Assembly: GCF_009914755.1 (NCBI RefSeq)
Contig: NC_060940.1
Reading direction: 5' to 3' (one strand)
DNA length: 64,000 nt
Source of the DNA: the human T2T-CHM13v2.0 reference genome, Homo sapiens
The notes beneath the pieces were generated by a model that saw nothing but the letters and a program-made list of their open reading frames with translations, was not told the origin of the DNA and did no database searches. Position numbers and translations under genes: made by a program. Each line of letters begins with the position of its first letter. The stretch's first letter is position 1. This document shows positions 30,506-44,670 of the stretch, one piece after another.

Positions 30506-31228
30506 TGTCTTTTTTTTCCTTATTATGGCATCTGCACTTCATCTCTTGCTAGGACTGAAGTGGTAACATCCTCACTGGCCACCTTGTGTCCAGCCGGCAT
30601 GATTCTCCTGAAGCTTAATCTGATGGTGTTGCCCTCTGGCCTGTACCTTCATTGGCTCCCAGTTGCTCGGAGTCCCACATTTCAAGCCAGGTGCTCGACA
30701 CCCTTCAGAATCTCTTCCCAACCTGCCCGTTCAGCCTTGTGGTTTGCCAAGCATGGTTCGTTTTCTTTAGGTTTCAGCCACAGGGAACTACCTGCCAGTT
30801 TTGGGGCATGCCAGCATCCCAGAGCACTGCACTTTCACATCTGTCATGACCTCACCTGGTGGTCTCTGTGCATCTCTTCTCCATCTCACTAACTCTTCCT
30901 TGAAGGCCAGGCACAAAGGGTGGCTGCAAGGCAACTCCTCCAGGAAGTTCAGGCTCTTCGTACATTCTTCTGTTAGATTCTTGCCAACTTGGATCGGAAG
31001 ATTTGTTTTTGCCTCTGTTGTAGGTGAGGGAGACCATGACTCCTAGAGAGGCCAGTGATGGGTTCTGTGAATAACGCAGTTGCGGGTGAGGTCATGGGCC
31101 TTTGGAGTTCTTCAGACTTGGCTTCTAATTCCAGGTCCTCCACTGTGGCTTGGCTGCGTGGTTGAGGGAAATTTCTTCTACTCTTTAGGTTTTCTAGCCT
31201 TAGGTTTTTAAAACTTACGTATAATGTA

Positions 31229-31810
31229 TGTGGTGGAGACGTTCAGGTGGTCCTTAGGATCTCCACTTCCTGATGTCTGTGACTTTGTGTGATCCCCTCC
31301 CGTTGCATGTGGATGGGACCTGTGACTTGTTTTTAGCCAACAGAATGTGGCAAAAGGGATGCTCTGTTGCACCTCTGATTATGTTAAATAAAACTCCATC
31401 TTCCCAGCAGACTCGCATTCTTTCCACTGCTGACAGTGAAGAAGCAGGCATCTGTGGAGTATGCGGCCATTTGGGAGAAGCCCATGTAGCAAGGCACTGT
31501 GGGCAGCCTCTAGGGGCTGGAGGTGGTCTCCAGAAAGAAACTGAAGCCGTTGGTCCTGCAGCCACCAGGAAATAAATTTTGCTGACAACCCTCGGGAGCT
31601 TGGAAGCAGATTTTTCCCCATTTAAGCCTGTGGGCTCAACAGCCCCACTGTTGCCTGAATTGTGTAGCCTGGTTAGAGCTGAGGGAGAGAACCCAACTAA
31701 GCCATGCCTAGACCTGTGACCTGTAGAAACTGTGAGATAACAAATGTGTGTTGTTTTAAGCCCCCAGGGTTATGATAATCTGTTATGTAGCAAATCAGTA
31801 ACTAACTCAA
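31229..31810 (+). mobile_element. MLT1E/F-type solo LTR
   Basis: gggacctgtgacttgtttttagccaacagaatgtggcaaaaggg...gaaactgtgagataacaaatgtgtgttgttttaagcc. Confidence 0.85.
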
Positions 31811-32014
31811 TGGGCATATTAATACTTATGCTAAATAGGTAATCCTCTTTGCAATGGTTACGTGAAACAAGGCATCTGAAATGTTACCAAGGTATAAATG
31901 CACGAAAATTAGATGTTACTGCTCTCACCAATATCCCTACATCTCCCTAGACCTTATCCTGTAGTAGTGAATCAAGATGGGTCAGTAGGTGGCTGAATAG
32001 ATGAAAGAAGGAGG

Positions 32015-32312
32015 GGCGAGGCATGGGGGCTCACACCTGTAATCCTAGGAATTTGGGAGGCTGAGGCAGGTGAACCACTTGAGGCCAGGAGTTTGAGACC
32101 TGTCTGAGCAACATGGCAAAACCCCATCTCTACTAAAAATAAAAAAAATTAGCTGGGTGTGGCAGCACATGCCTGTATTCCCAACTACTCAGGAGGCTGA
32201 GGCACAAGAATCACTTGAACTCAGGCGGCAGAGGTTGCAGTGAGCTGAGATCACGCCATTCCACTCCAGCCTGGATGACAGAACAAGACTCTGTCTCGAA
32301 GAAAAAGAAAAA
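32015..32312 (+). mobile_element. Alu
   Basis: Full Alu; TSD agatgaaagaaggagg. Confidence 0.96.
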
Positions 32313-33834
32313 GATGAAAGAAGGAGGAAAGATCAAGATTCAAGACCCCTCCCTACCTTATCAGTCATGGACTCATCTGTATCGTGGCTTAACCTAGAAA
32401 GATCGAAGATAAATGTGATTTCTATTTAGATGGAGCATTTTATTATCTCCTTGAAGCCAGCAAACTCCAGCAGAGAGAGTAGATTGATTTCTTGAACTTC
32501 GTTGTCTCAAAGTGGTAAATTGTTACCGTGATTTATAGAGATTCTCAGCTGGAGGGGAATTTGGAGATCCACCTTGTCCAGAATCCTATCAGACACCCCT
32601 GGATATGTTTATACCTCCCAGCCTTCCTGTAGTCAGACCAGTTTCTTGCCTTTGAAGATCTCAGGTTGTCTGGCTTATAGGGGCCATCCCTACCAAAGGT
32701 CATAATAGGCTCTGGGGAAGAGCATGTGGAAATTAGCAGAGAGCAGAGACATTTTAAAACAATCAGCTCATCCAAAGGCAGAAGCAAGAGCAAAGTGAAA
32801 CCACAGGTGTCTGGTCATTTAAAGTCACCCTGGAGGTGACTCTCCAATCCCTGGTAGAGAAACGTGGAGGAGGCTGAAAGGCTTCTCTAAAGGGATTTTC
32901 CCCCTCTGGTTTCATGGTATCCTCTTGAACTCAGGTGCTCCAAACATTTCCTTCTGGAGTGGCAGCCCCTCTGGGTCCTGAAAAGCTCTGGATGGTCTTG
33001 GGCTCTGAGTGCTGGGATCAGCATTTACTAGAACAGGATCAGGCAGCCACCTGGCAGGTGCTCTCTGCACTGAGCCAACCTGAAACCATGAGACCATGCC
33101 TGCATGTGAGGTCTGTGGTACTTGCCAAGTCTATGGACGGCGGAGTGTGCCATATCTGCAACCCCATTCCCCTCTGTACCACATTACAGGGCCCTGCTAA
33201 AGACACTGATTAAAGATTGAAAAGTCATTTCTGAGAAATAAATATAGGAGCACAAAAGACTCAATTTCTTCAATAGATGAAAGGCATGAAGAAAAGAGAG
33301 GAACTGCTGTGGTTTAAAAGAGACTTAAGAGACACATCACCCAAATGCTACGTGGACCTTCTTTGGGTCTTGATTCACACATGATAAGACCATTAAAAGA
33401 TATTCTGGAGACCTGAAGTCAATGAAAATAGACTTGATATTTGATTTTATTAAGGAATTACTATTATGTTGGGGTGATAATGACATGGTTGTTTTAAAGC
33501 CACTTACTTGTTAGGAATGCACATTGAATTGTCCTATGTTCTATGTTTGGTGACTTCCAATTATGGTAACACTATGTGCCACGTGCTTGCTGAACAAGAC
33601 ATTCGAGGTCCTTGCCCCCATGGAGCTCATGGATTGGTGGAAGAGACAGATGTTAAATAAACATTTGCCCAGGGAAGCATTTAATTGAATTGTGGTTGGT
33701 GCTGCAAAGAAAAACCACACGGGGCTGTGAGAGGTTATAACTGAGATTCAACCTAGACGAAGACCAAGACCATCAAGAAAGCCTTTCCTGAGGGGACACC
33801 TAAGCTGACAACTGAAGGGTGGCAGCTTGGGCAA

Positions 33835-34245
33835 GTGTGTGCCCGTGTGTATATGTGTGTACATGTGTGGACATGAGTGTACATGTGTGGACATGGACAT
33901 GTCTTTGTGTGGATGTGGGTGTGCACGTGCTGGTGTGTGTGCATGTGTGCTTATGTGTGTGTGCATGTGTGCTCGTGTGCATATGTGTTCATGTGTGCAG
34001 GTGTTTGAGCACCTGTTTTAGTGTGCATGTGCTTGTGTGTATGCATGTGAGGGTGCATGTGTGTGATTGTGTATCTGTAGGTACGTGTGTATGCTTGTGC
34101 TTGTGTGTATGTGTATGCATGTGTGTGAATTGCAGGCACTTGTGCTTGTGGGTGTGCATGTGAGCAGGTGTGCATGCATGTGTGTGAATGTTTACATGCA
34201 CGAGTTCGTGTGTGCATCTGTACGTGTGTGTGTGTGTGTGTGTGT
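33835..34245 (+). repeat. Degenerate (TG)n / TGCA-rich simple repeat, ~410 bp
   Basis: Alternating purine-pyrimidine tract ending in a pure (GT)n run. Confidence 0.93.
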
Positions 34246-35196
34246 TGGGAAGGGCAAGGAAATAGAATAACAGCTGTGCAAGTGTACTAGGCACGCTTGG
34301 AGTTGAAGGGAGTCCAGTGGGAGGATAGCAAGGTTGACAGTGGGGGAGGAAGGAGGCTGATGAGCTGTGGGTCTCTTGAAGGGGTTGGGAGTAAGTGATG
34401 ATTCCATGGGAGCGAGGGAAGATATTTGGGACAGTTCTGGTGAGCAGCACGTTGGAAACCCTGCGCTCATTTCAGAGGAATTGAATTTGAGTCTAGTTTA
34501 AGTTAAACGTTTGAGGCGTAACCCGCAGCATCCAGGGACCCTATTAAACGCTTCATTACAGCAGCGGAGGCTGTGAACCAGAAAGGTGGCTGCGATTGGT
34601 GTCTGACTTTGCACTCTGCTCTCCAGTCCCAGCTTTTCTCCTTCTCTTCCCGCATTTGAGGGCCGCAGTGACAGCAGCTACCTGGGAGCTTAAGCCTTTC
34701 CTCCAGACCCCTTCTTAACTTGGTGATTGGTGAGAACACATGGCTTTCGACTTAAATCTATTCTCAGAGGACTAATAGGTATGTGTGTCAGGGAGGAATT
34801 CCAAGCCTCAGTTTCCTTATCTGTAAAATGCGGAAAATTAGAGTCCCTCCCTCGCTTGATAAATGGGCACGTGATAATGCCCAGTAATCATGAGCCGTTA
34901 TTGCCATTATTAACTCTGGGGTTTGGACCTTAGCCGTGGATGAGGTCAAGGGCTCACACCTTGATTTATCTGTTTTTGAGCCAAAAGTAGATATTGGAGT
35001 AGGATAGAAGTTAAGAAAACTAATGTGTATTTTGAAATATATAAATGCATTTAATTTTTCTCGTAGAAAATTTGGGAAATGGAAAATAAAGGAGAAAGTA
35101 AGAATTGCTCTTAATCACCCCATTGGGAGAATGAACACCATTAACATTTTGGTGAATGGGTTCCTTATTTTTTCTCTTTTAAAAATTGGATCAATG

Positions 35197-35402
35197 CCAT
35201 CCTGGGAAACATGGCAAGACCCTGCAAAAAATCCAAAAATTAGCTGGATGTGGTGGTGCCCATCTGTAGTCCCAGCTACTGAAAGGGATGATGAGGTGGG
35301 AGGATTACCTGAGCACAGGAGATCAAGGCTGCAGTGACCCATGCTTGCATCACTGCTCTCCAGCCTGGGTGACAGTGAGACCCTGTCTTAAAAAAAAAAA
35401 AA
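35197..35402 (+). mobile_element. 5'-truncated AluJ-type element
   Basis: End of left arm plus right arm; A13 tail abuts T11. Confidence 0.88.
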
Positions 35403-35720
35403 TTTTTTTTTTTGGCTCATTTGCAGTTCTAAGTCATGACATAATCTCATCCCCAGTTTTGTCCATCTGTCTATCCCTTAAGGTGAACTGTTAAAGATGA
35501 TTGGTTTTGAAGATCAAAAGCAGTGGTTTATCAGCAATTTTGGTTTATCTTACTGTTGATTTTATTTTTGATGGTAAGAATTCGTGAACCCAACAACCCA
35601 AGCCAAAACTTTTTCCTCGACAATAACTTCTGTCTAACCATATGTTTGCCCTCCTTTCACCCCATCCTCCACATCCAGGTACTCATCACCTGGAGCTGAC
35701 ACTCATCATTCCATTGCTTG

Positions 35721-36088
<368 letters not shown>

Positions 36089-36099
36089 TAAAGCATAAA

Positions 36100-37375
36100 T
36101 ACTTATTTTTCTAGTTTTATGTATGCATATATATTATTCTCTTTCAAAACAAAATTGAAATCATACCATGTATCATTTCTATCCTGATTAAAAAATATTA
36201 TCTCTTGAACATATTCCCTTCTCATTAAAAAGTCTCTGAAAATAGAAAATTAAAACTTACATAATATTCCATATTATGCCTGGGCCATAGTTTAATTTCC
36301 CCTTCCAGTTGGGCATGATTGATTTTTTTTTTCTATTACAAATAATGCTGTGTAAACTTTTGAAGGATTCCCAGTGTATTTTGTTAAATTGCTTTTAAGG
36401 AAGATTGTAAAAACTTTCATTCCCTGCCTCCCTTTTCTTCCCCACCCCCAACAGGTCTTTTTAAAAAAATGTTGCCACTTTGATAGGAGAGAAGTGGTCA
36501 TATTTTCATGTGTTTATTTGCCATTTATATTTTTTCCACTAATGTTCCATTTTTGTTCATAGATCATTTTTCTATTGGGGCATTAATATTTTTCTTATTG
36601 ATTTGAAAGATTCTTTATATATCAAAGAAGTTACTCCTAATATGTCATAGTTAAGGCAGATATTTTCCAGGGTTGTCATTTGTCATTAAGTATTTTTATG
36701 ATGGTTCAAAGGAGATTTTTTAAAAATTTTAAGGTCATCAATATATCTCAGGCTTTTTCTTTGTGATTTTTTCCCTATCAAGTTTGTGCTTAGAAGAGCC
36801 TTCTCTATCTTAATATTGGCTAAAGGTTTATTTATACTTTCTGCAAATTTTTATAGTCAGTTTTTACTTTTTAGATCCTAAATATATTTGGAATTCATTT
36901 TGTGTAGGTTTGAGGATCTAACTTGATTTTATTCCCATAAATATACAAGTTCCTAGAAACCGTTTTGTCAGTGTTTTTCCTTTTCTTCTTGGTTTGTGAT
37001 GCCTCCTTTAGCGTATGATCAATGTTCCTGTTTATGCTCCGGTGTGGTTCAGCAATGTCCGTGCTGTGACTTGGTTTGCCCATCAGGTCTTATGCCATTA
37101 ATGTGCTGGAACAACTGCAGCTTTGTGATGGGGCCCCTCCTCCTGCCGTTAGTCCTCTTTTGTGATAAGCTTCTGAAGGATTCTTGTCTGTTTCTTAATG
37201 CAGGGGATTTCAGAATAATTTTGACACCCTTCCCCTAAAAATGATTCAAATATTAATTGGGACTGGCATAAACTATAAGTTTACATTATTTTGGAAGATT
37301 TGACATTTTTACATATTTAATCTTTCCATCCAGGGAAGATTGGAAATTCACACTTTCATTGTTTTGATTTCTTGT
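36100..37375 (-). mobile_element. Old L1 (L1ME-like) fragment
   Basis: T-rich antisense L1 pattern (ttacaaataatgctgtg, ggaagatttgacattttta). Confidence 0.65.
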
Positions 37376-37384
37376 TAGTATTTT

Positions 37385-37560
37385 CCCTGTCTCTTTTTCT
37401 CTCTCTCTCTCCCTGTCTCTCTCCTCCTCCTCCTCCTCCTCCTCCTCCTCTTTCTCCTCCTCCTTCTCCTTCTCGTGCTGCTGCTTCCTCATCATCATTT
37501 CTGTCTCTGTCTCTCGTCATCGTCGTCGTCATTTCTGTCTCTGTCTCTCTTTCTTTTCTC
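37385..37560 (+). repeat. CT-rich low complexity with (CCT)n and (CGT)n
   Basis: Visible simple repeats. Confidence 0.88.
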
Positions 37561-38724
37561 TATTTTTACTGCTGTTGGGAATAGAATTCTCCACCCAAAA
37601 TAGGTTGATGTCCTGGTTGGAAACAAAAGACACACAATGAAACTGGATAATTCAAAGAGAGTTTAGTAAATGACCTATTTCCAGGGTGTGGGAGAGGAGT
37701 GTGCAGAAAAGTCCTAAGGCATTGGAGAGTACTCCCGGGCTAAGAACAAGGGGGCATTTACCAGTCCCAGGCTTCAGAGGCAAGAGGAAGGGGCAGAGAC
37801 CAGGAGCGGGAAGAGGAGGGTCATGTGGAGAGGGACTCTGTGACAGGCTGGGTCACTTGGCTAAGACACCCCAGCGTACTGGAGAAGATCTGGAAGGAAG
37901 GAACTGGAGGATAAATACCCAGAGCTCTCCTCCTCGCCTCTATCATGTTGCTGGTGCTCCCCATTGCCTAGGTCCACCTGGAAGACATAGTGCTGGGGGT
38001 CCATGCACGCATGCACATAGGCCAGCCTTGTGGATGGGTGGAGAAGAGTGGAGACAAGACGTGAGAGGCCAGTGGAAGATCCCCAGCTCACAACCTCCCC
38101 CATTTTCTATTCTTCCCTGACATATGTACCATCTGGTATTTGTCAGCATAGCCAGAAACAATGGAGGCTACTGTCTTCCTTTTGTTATAACACATTTTCT
38201 AAATACCTGCTTTCTTCCAAATTCTAAAAACTTTTCAGTTGATTCCCTTGGGAATTCCAAGTATACAGTCATATGATTCGCAAGTAATTATTTCGTCTCC
38301 TTGCTTCCCGTGGTTGTGTCTCTTATTTTACTTGCTGCTGCAAGTTTTGAGCCTTCCTTAAAACCTGATGTGGTTTTAAAGAGACCCTCTTAAGTGTGTT
38401 AATCTCAGCCCTTTAGAATCATGAGAAATCTGTAGGTTGGTTCCTCTGTTTCCTCTTCCCTCTGTTTCACTTTCTTTCTGTTTCTCCCTCCAACCGTCCA
38501 TCCAATATAGATATATTAAGTGCCAGCCGCATACTAGTAAACAAGAGAGATAATTAACAACCAGAAAATAAACAGTAAAATATCAGTGCAGCATTTATCA
38601 ACCTTTTGGAATTCATCGCACAGTACCAGACTGATTTTATACTGTGTCCCAACATGTGCATGCATGCATGCACACACGTATACACAAATGCATGGAAGCA
38701 AAAGTGTCATAAAACCCTTACTAC

Positions 38725-39401
<677 letters not shown>

Positions 39402-39749
39402 AATGCTCTGATGTCTTCTATGTTGGTGCTAAAGAAAGGAAAAATCCCCACTGCTCTATTCAGTGATTTCCTGCCTCACTCCTGGGTCCCAACTTGCAGT
39501 TTCAAGAACATGGAGAATGAAATATACTGGGGAAAGATAGTCATAAGGGAAAGAGTAACTGGGTTGCTACTGGAGTCAGGTGGCCTGGGAAGACACCTCT
39601 GGGGAGGGACATGCAATGACAAGAAGGACTTGGCCATGGGAAGGGTGGGGCTGGGCATGGGGTGGTGGGAAGCAGGTTTGGTGCAGAGGACAGAATGGGT
39701 GGAAAGCAGCTTGGCTTGTCTGAGTCATGGGGGCGGGGTGGGGGTGGGC

Positions 39750-39965
39750 AGTGAGGGAGATGACAAAGGAGATGGGGATGATTAACATTGGAGACTTGGA
39801 GGGGTGAGGAGATATGGGGGTGGATGGTGAGGAATTAGTTAATTCATACAATGTACCTTATTTAGGTGATGAGTGCCTGGGAAGCCCTGACTTGACCACT
39901 ATGCAATCTGTGCATGTAATACAATTGCACGTGTACCCCATACATTTGCACACCTTTTAAAAGAA
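39750..39965 (+). mobile_element. L1MA-like 3' end
   Basis: agccctgacttgaccactatgcaatctgtgcatgtaatacaattgcacgtgtacccc. Confidence 0.75.
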
Positions 39966-40871
39966 GTGCCAACCTTCTGGGAGCATTGAACCTTATCGAA
40001 TTAGCAGGAGTCCCTCCAAATGATGAATCCCCTGAAGGCTAGGGAGGGAGGAGGAGCTCTGTCTTTGATGTCTTCAAATCTGAGAGGCCACTGTCACTTA
40101 GAGAAAGTTTCTCCCGATCAGTGATCTCTGTGGACTGCACTTTGTAGGTCTCAGGAAGTCATTTATATGCAAATTGAGTGTGAAGGTAACTGGGCTGAGG
40201 ACAGAGGATAGCTGTATCTTCAGAGCTGGTTTCTCACCCATTGGCTCCTTTCTTCACCTGATGGTTCCCACGTTAGCTCTGAGTTCATCACAGAGCCCTG
40301 AACCCCTATTCTGTGCACAGATGCTGTTGTGCATACCTGGGGGATAGGGAAACCCATGCATGGCAGTTTTGTGGTGCATGCTGTCTGGAGCCTGCAGGGC
40401 AAGATCCTGTCCCATCATTTAGAAAGATGAGGAATCAGATAAGACAGCTTGTCAGAAGTGCTTGATAGATTCCAAAGCAGTTGAGAGAGAGCGACAAAGC
40501 CATGAAACCACCAAAGTCTTAACCACCAGGAAAAGAAAGCTTTCCAGCTTGGTCTTCAGGATCAGTAAAGAGTTCATTCTGGGTCTGAGGAACTTTTGGA
40601 GTCATCATCATAGGAAGTACTTCTCTAGAGCTTTCTACATGCCATGGACTATTTTACATGCAATAATTCATTCTGTGAGTTAGGTACTGTTATTATTCCA
40701 GTCTTACTGATGTGGAATCTGTGCAAAGAGAGGTTGAGCAGCTCATTCATCATCACACAGCTATTAAGTGTCAGAATGGGGATTTGAACCTTGGCTCATA
40801 GGGCTCCTCACTGCTGTGTGGTGTGCCCAGGGTGGGCCAGGTGGGAGGGCCAGGACCATGCGCTTCCTTGG

Positions 40872-41228
40872 TGACATGGTTTGGCTGTGTACCCCCACCC
40901 CCAAATATAATCTTGAATTATAGCTCCCACAATTCCTGCATGTCATGGAAAGGACCTGGTGGGAAGTAACTGAACTATGGGACTGGGTCTTTCTCATGCT
41001 GTTCTCATGATAGTAAGTCTCATGTGATCCGATGATTTTATAAAAAGGAGTTCCCCTGCACAAACTCTCTTTTGCCTATTGCCATGTAAGATGTGCCTTT
41101 TGCCTTCTGCCATGATTGTGAGGCCTCCCCAGCCATGTGGAACTGTGAGTCCATTAAACCTTTTTTTCTTTATAAATTACCCAGTCTCAGGTATGTCTTT
41201 ATTAGCTGCGTGAGAACAGATTAATACT
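40872..41228 (+). mobile_element. THE1 (C/D-like) solo LTR
   Basis: tgacatggtttggctgtgt...ttcctgcatgtcatgg...gtatgtctttattagctgcgtgagaacagattaatac; 5-bp TSD (c/g)ttgg. Confidence 0.9.
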
Positions 41229-41795
41229 GTTGGACATTAGAATACTCCATCATAGATGCTAAAAACAAATGTGAAAAAATGAGTTCATGAATAAATCAGT
41301 GCTCATAGAGTCTGAGTTGGGTTCATATTTTGGGTGGCAGGATGCTCATGGGAGGCAGACTTGGTTTGCGGGGATAAGTTATTGTTGGTCTAAGCCAGTT
41401 ACAGTAATCCCTTTCCCTTGGCCAGTGATTGCTTTGGGTGTGGAGTGTGACTGGGGGGCATCTGCTTGGGCTCCCGGGAAAAGTTTTCTTCCTTTTCTAT
41501 TTTTGAGTGTAGTTGTGTGTGGAAGTGAGGGCAGAGTGATCCAAGTCATCTCCCCACAGGCTGAGGACAGGAGTCAGTAGGGAGAACGCTCTGGGGAAGA
41601 GAGAACATCGGGGACAGGGAAGCATGTCTGGACTTGTCTCTCTCTGGACATCCTATTACATAAAATAATGAGCCACTGTTAGTTGAAGCCACTTTTATCT
41701 GGGAGTTCTCTTACTTGCAACCAAAGGCATTCCAACTTATGTATTTGAAATCTGATTATTCTTTTATTCATTCATTCATTTATTCATTCATGTAG

Positions 41796-42366
41796 TGTGA
41801 TGGTCATCTTTATGTGTCAACTTGACTGGGATACATGATGCCCAGATAGCTAGTTAAATATTGTCCCTGGGGTGATGGCGGGGGGGATTTCCAGACAAGA
41901 ATAGCGTTTGAATTGGTGGATGAGTACAGCAGATGGCTGTACTCTACCCCAGTGTGGGTGAGTGCCATCCAATCCGTCAAAGGTCTGAATAGAACAAAAG
42001 GTGGAGGAGGGGAGAGTTAGCTCTGACTGCTTGAGCTGGGACGTCAATCTTCTTATGCCTTCAGTGTTCTGGTTCTCAGGCCTTTGGACCCAGACTAGGA
42101 TGTATCCCATTGGTTTTTCTGGGTTTCCAGTTTGTGGATGACAGATTGTGGAACTTCTTAATCTCCATAATTCTTTAAGTGTCATACCTTATAATAAATC
42201 TCTCCCTCTCTCTGTGTTTCTCTCTCTTTATTTCTCTCTCTCTCTCTATATATATGTATATATATTCACACACACGTGTATATGCATGCATGTGTGTATA
42301 TATATAAATATGTATGTATATGTGTGTGTGTTCTATTGGTTCTGTTTTCTGGAGAACCCTAATATA
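41796..42366 (+). mobile_element. MLT2 (ERVL) solo LTR with internal TC/TA/TG microsatellite
   Basis: tgtgatggtcatctttatgtgtcaacttgactgg...ctattggttctgttttctggagaaccct. Confidence 0.88.
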
Positions 42367-42625
42367 TCCAGCAAATATTTATTTTGCATTTAGTACATTA
42401 CACAATGGGTCCTGCAGGAGGGGCTGGGGATCCAATAGTGAACTCTCATGAATACAATTCAGTAGAGGGGAGACAGACGGCAGGCACATAGTCAGATCCG
42501 TGGGCACTCACCAGCGTGAAGAGTGCTGTGCAGGTGGAGTACCTGGTGACAGCAGTGTGTGTGATGTGGGATTCATCTTGGAGGGAAGTCAGGAGGGCTT
42601 CCCTGAGGAAGTGACATTTGAGTGA

Positions 42626-42993
42626 TGTATTAGTCCACTTTCACACTGCTATATAAAGATACTACCCTAGACTGGGTAATTTATAAAAGGCAGAGGTTTA
42701 GTTGACTCAGTTCCACCTGGGTGGGGAGGCCTCAGGAAACTTAGCAGTCAAGGCAGAAGGGGAAGCAGGCACATCTTTCTTGGTCTCAGGCAAGAGAGAG
42801 ACAGAGTGAAAAGTGCAGGGGAAGCTGCCGTTTATAAAACCATCAGATCTCTGAGAACTCACTCAGTATCATGAGAACAGCATGGGGGAAACTGCTCCAT
42901 GATCCAGTCCCCTCCCACCAGGTCTCTCCTCAGCACCTGAGGATTACAATTCAAGATGAGATTTGGGTGGGGACACAATGCCTAACTATATCA
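42626..42993 (-). mobile_element. MST/THE1-type solo LTR inserted in L2
   Basis: tgtattagtcc...actatatca with perfect TSD AGTGA (42621-42625, 42994-42998). Confidence 0.92.
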
Positions 42994-43217
42994 AGTGACA
43001 TCTGAAAGAAGAGTAGGAATTAGATGAGTAGTGAGGCATGGAGGGGCTGTGTTCTAGGTGGAGGGAAAAACAAGAGCAGAGGCCCTGTGCTGGGAGGGAA
43101 CTGGGGAGCTTGGAGGTGAGGAAGGCTTGTGGACGGAGTGTGGAGTGCCAGGATAGTGAGAGGTACTGGCAGCACTGGCCCCCATGATTGCTGGATGTCA
43201 TAACAAGGCCTTTGGGC

Positions 43218-43510
43218 TTTTTGTTTTTTTGTCTCACTCTGTCACCCAGGCTGGAGTGCAGTGGCATGGTCTTGGCTTACTGCAACCTCTGGCTCCCAAG
43301 TTCAAGCAATTATCCTGCCTCAGCCTCCTGAGTAGCTGGGATTACAGGGACCCACCACCACGCTGGGCTAATTTTTGTGTTTTCAGTAGAGATGGGGTTT
43401 CACTGTGTTGGCCAGGCTGGTCTCGAACTCCTGACCTCAAACGATCCAACTGCCCCGGCCTCCCAAAGTGCTGGGATTACAGGCGTGAGCCACTGCACAT
43501 GGCCCAGGCC
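43218..43510 (-). mobile_element. Alu (AluS-type)
   Basis: Alu body; TSD tttgggcttt. Confidence 0.95.
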
Positions 43511-44246
43511 TTTGGGCTTTAACCCAAGTCCCGTGGGAGGTGTTTAAGCAGCTGGTGATGGGATTAGATTTACATTTTGGCAAGATCACTGCCCAGGACC
43601 CAATTTGGATTGAACAGCCTTAGGAAGATTCTGGCCATTCTGAAATCATGGCAGGGCTTTGTGTCCTCCACCTCCTGTGTGGCCCCTGCTGAGGGCCCTG
43701 CAGGCTGATGTGTTTAATTCGGTTGCTTATTTAAAGGTAGTGAATTATCTTTGATGTGACACACGTTCCTCCTCCTGTCCAGTTGTGGGGCAAGGTGGTG
43801 CATTTTCAGCTGCTCGTGGTGTTTGAATGAATGTTCTAAGAGCCAGGAGGAGGCTTTTATTATCCCAGCTTGGCAAAACCTCAGCTTAGAGAAAGTGAAA
43901 GGGGCCATACAGAGACCCAAGATTGGAGAGAGATGACATGTTTTAAGTGCTTGAACTCAGCTCCGCCACTGGATTTCCCAATTTCGTGTTATATGAATCA
44001 ATACATTCCTTTTTTTATTGTCAGAAACTAAGCAAGGCAGGCTGGGGGCAGCATGGGAGGGTGCCGCGGTATGAATAGAGTCTGAGCTATTCAGAGGCCT
44101 TAAACTGAAGTCTGCACTCTGTGCTGGGAGTGGGTTCTCACACTGTGCCACCCAGCCCACGTCTGGTTTCTGAGGGATCTCTCTTTCTCCTGGACCATTC
44201 CTCTGGATGGCAGCGACAGTGCTTCCTGCTTCGGGTGTGTGGCTGC

Positions 44247-44670
44247 TGTATTAGGCCGTTCTTGCATTGCCATAAGAAGTATCTGAGACTGGGTAATTTA
44301 TAAAGAAAAGAGGTTTCATTGGCTCATGGTTCTGCAGGCTGCGTAGGCATGGTGCCAGCATCTGCTCAGCTTCTGGGGAGGCCTCAGGAAGCTTTCAGTC
44401 ATGGCAGAAGGTGAAGCAGGAGCAGGCACTTCCCATGGCAAAAGCAGGAGCAAGACAGAGTTGGGGGTTGGGGATTGTGCTACCCACTTTTAAACAGTCA
44501 GAGTTGGTGAGAACTCACAGTCACGAAGACTGTTCCAAGAGGAGGGTGTTACACCATTCATGAGAAATCCGCCCCCGTGATCCGTTCACCTCCCACCAGG
44601 CCCTACCTCTAATACTGGGGATTACAGTTCAGTGTGAGATTTGGTGGCGACAAATATACAAACTGTATCG
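44247..44670 (-). mobile_element. MSTA/MSTB-type solo LTR
   Basis: tgtattaggccgttcttgcattgc...gtgagatttggtggcgacaaatatacaaactgtatc. Confidence 0.9.

Noticed and set aside
30392-30892. 166-aa ORF
   Set aside because: Starts in an Alu and runs through decayed L2-like sequence; no recognisable domain
33748-34470. His/Thr- and Cys/Val-rich ORFs
   Set aside because: Translations of the TG/CA repeat
35390-35413. A13T11 palindrome
   Set aside because: Alu tail abutting a T-run; common and uninformative
40967-40977. DUX4 site in the THE1 LTR
   Set aside because: Reads TAACTGAACTA; the AATCA half of the TAAYYYAATCA-type motif is lost
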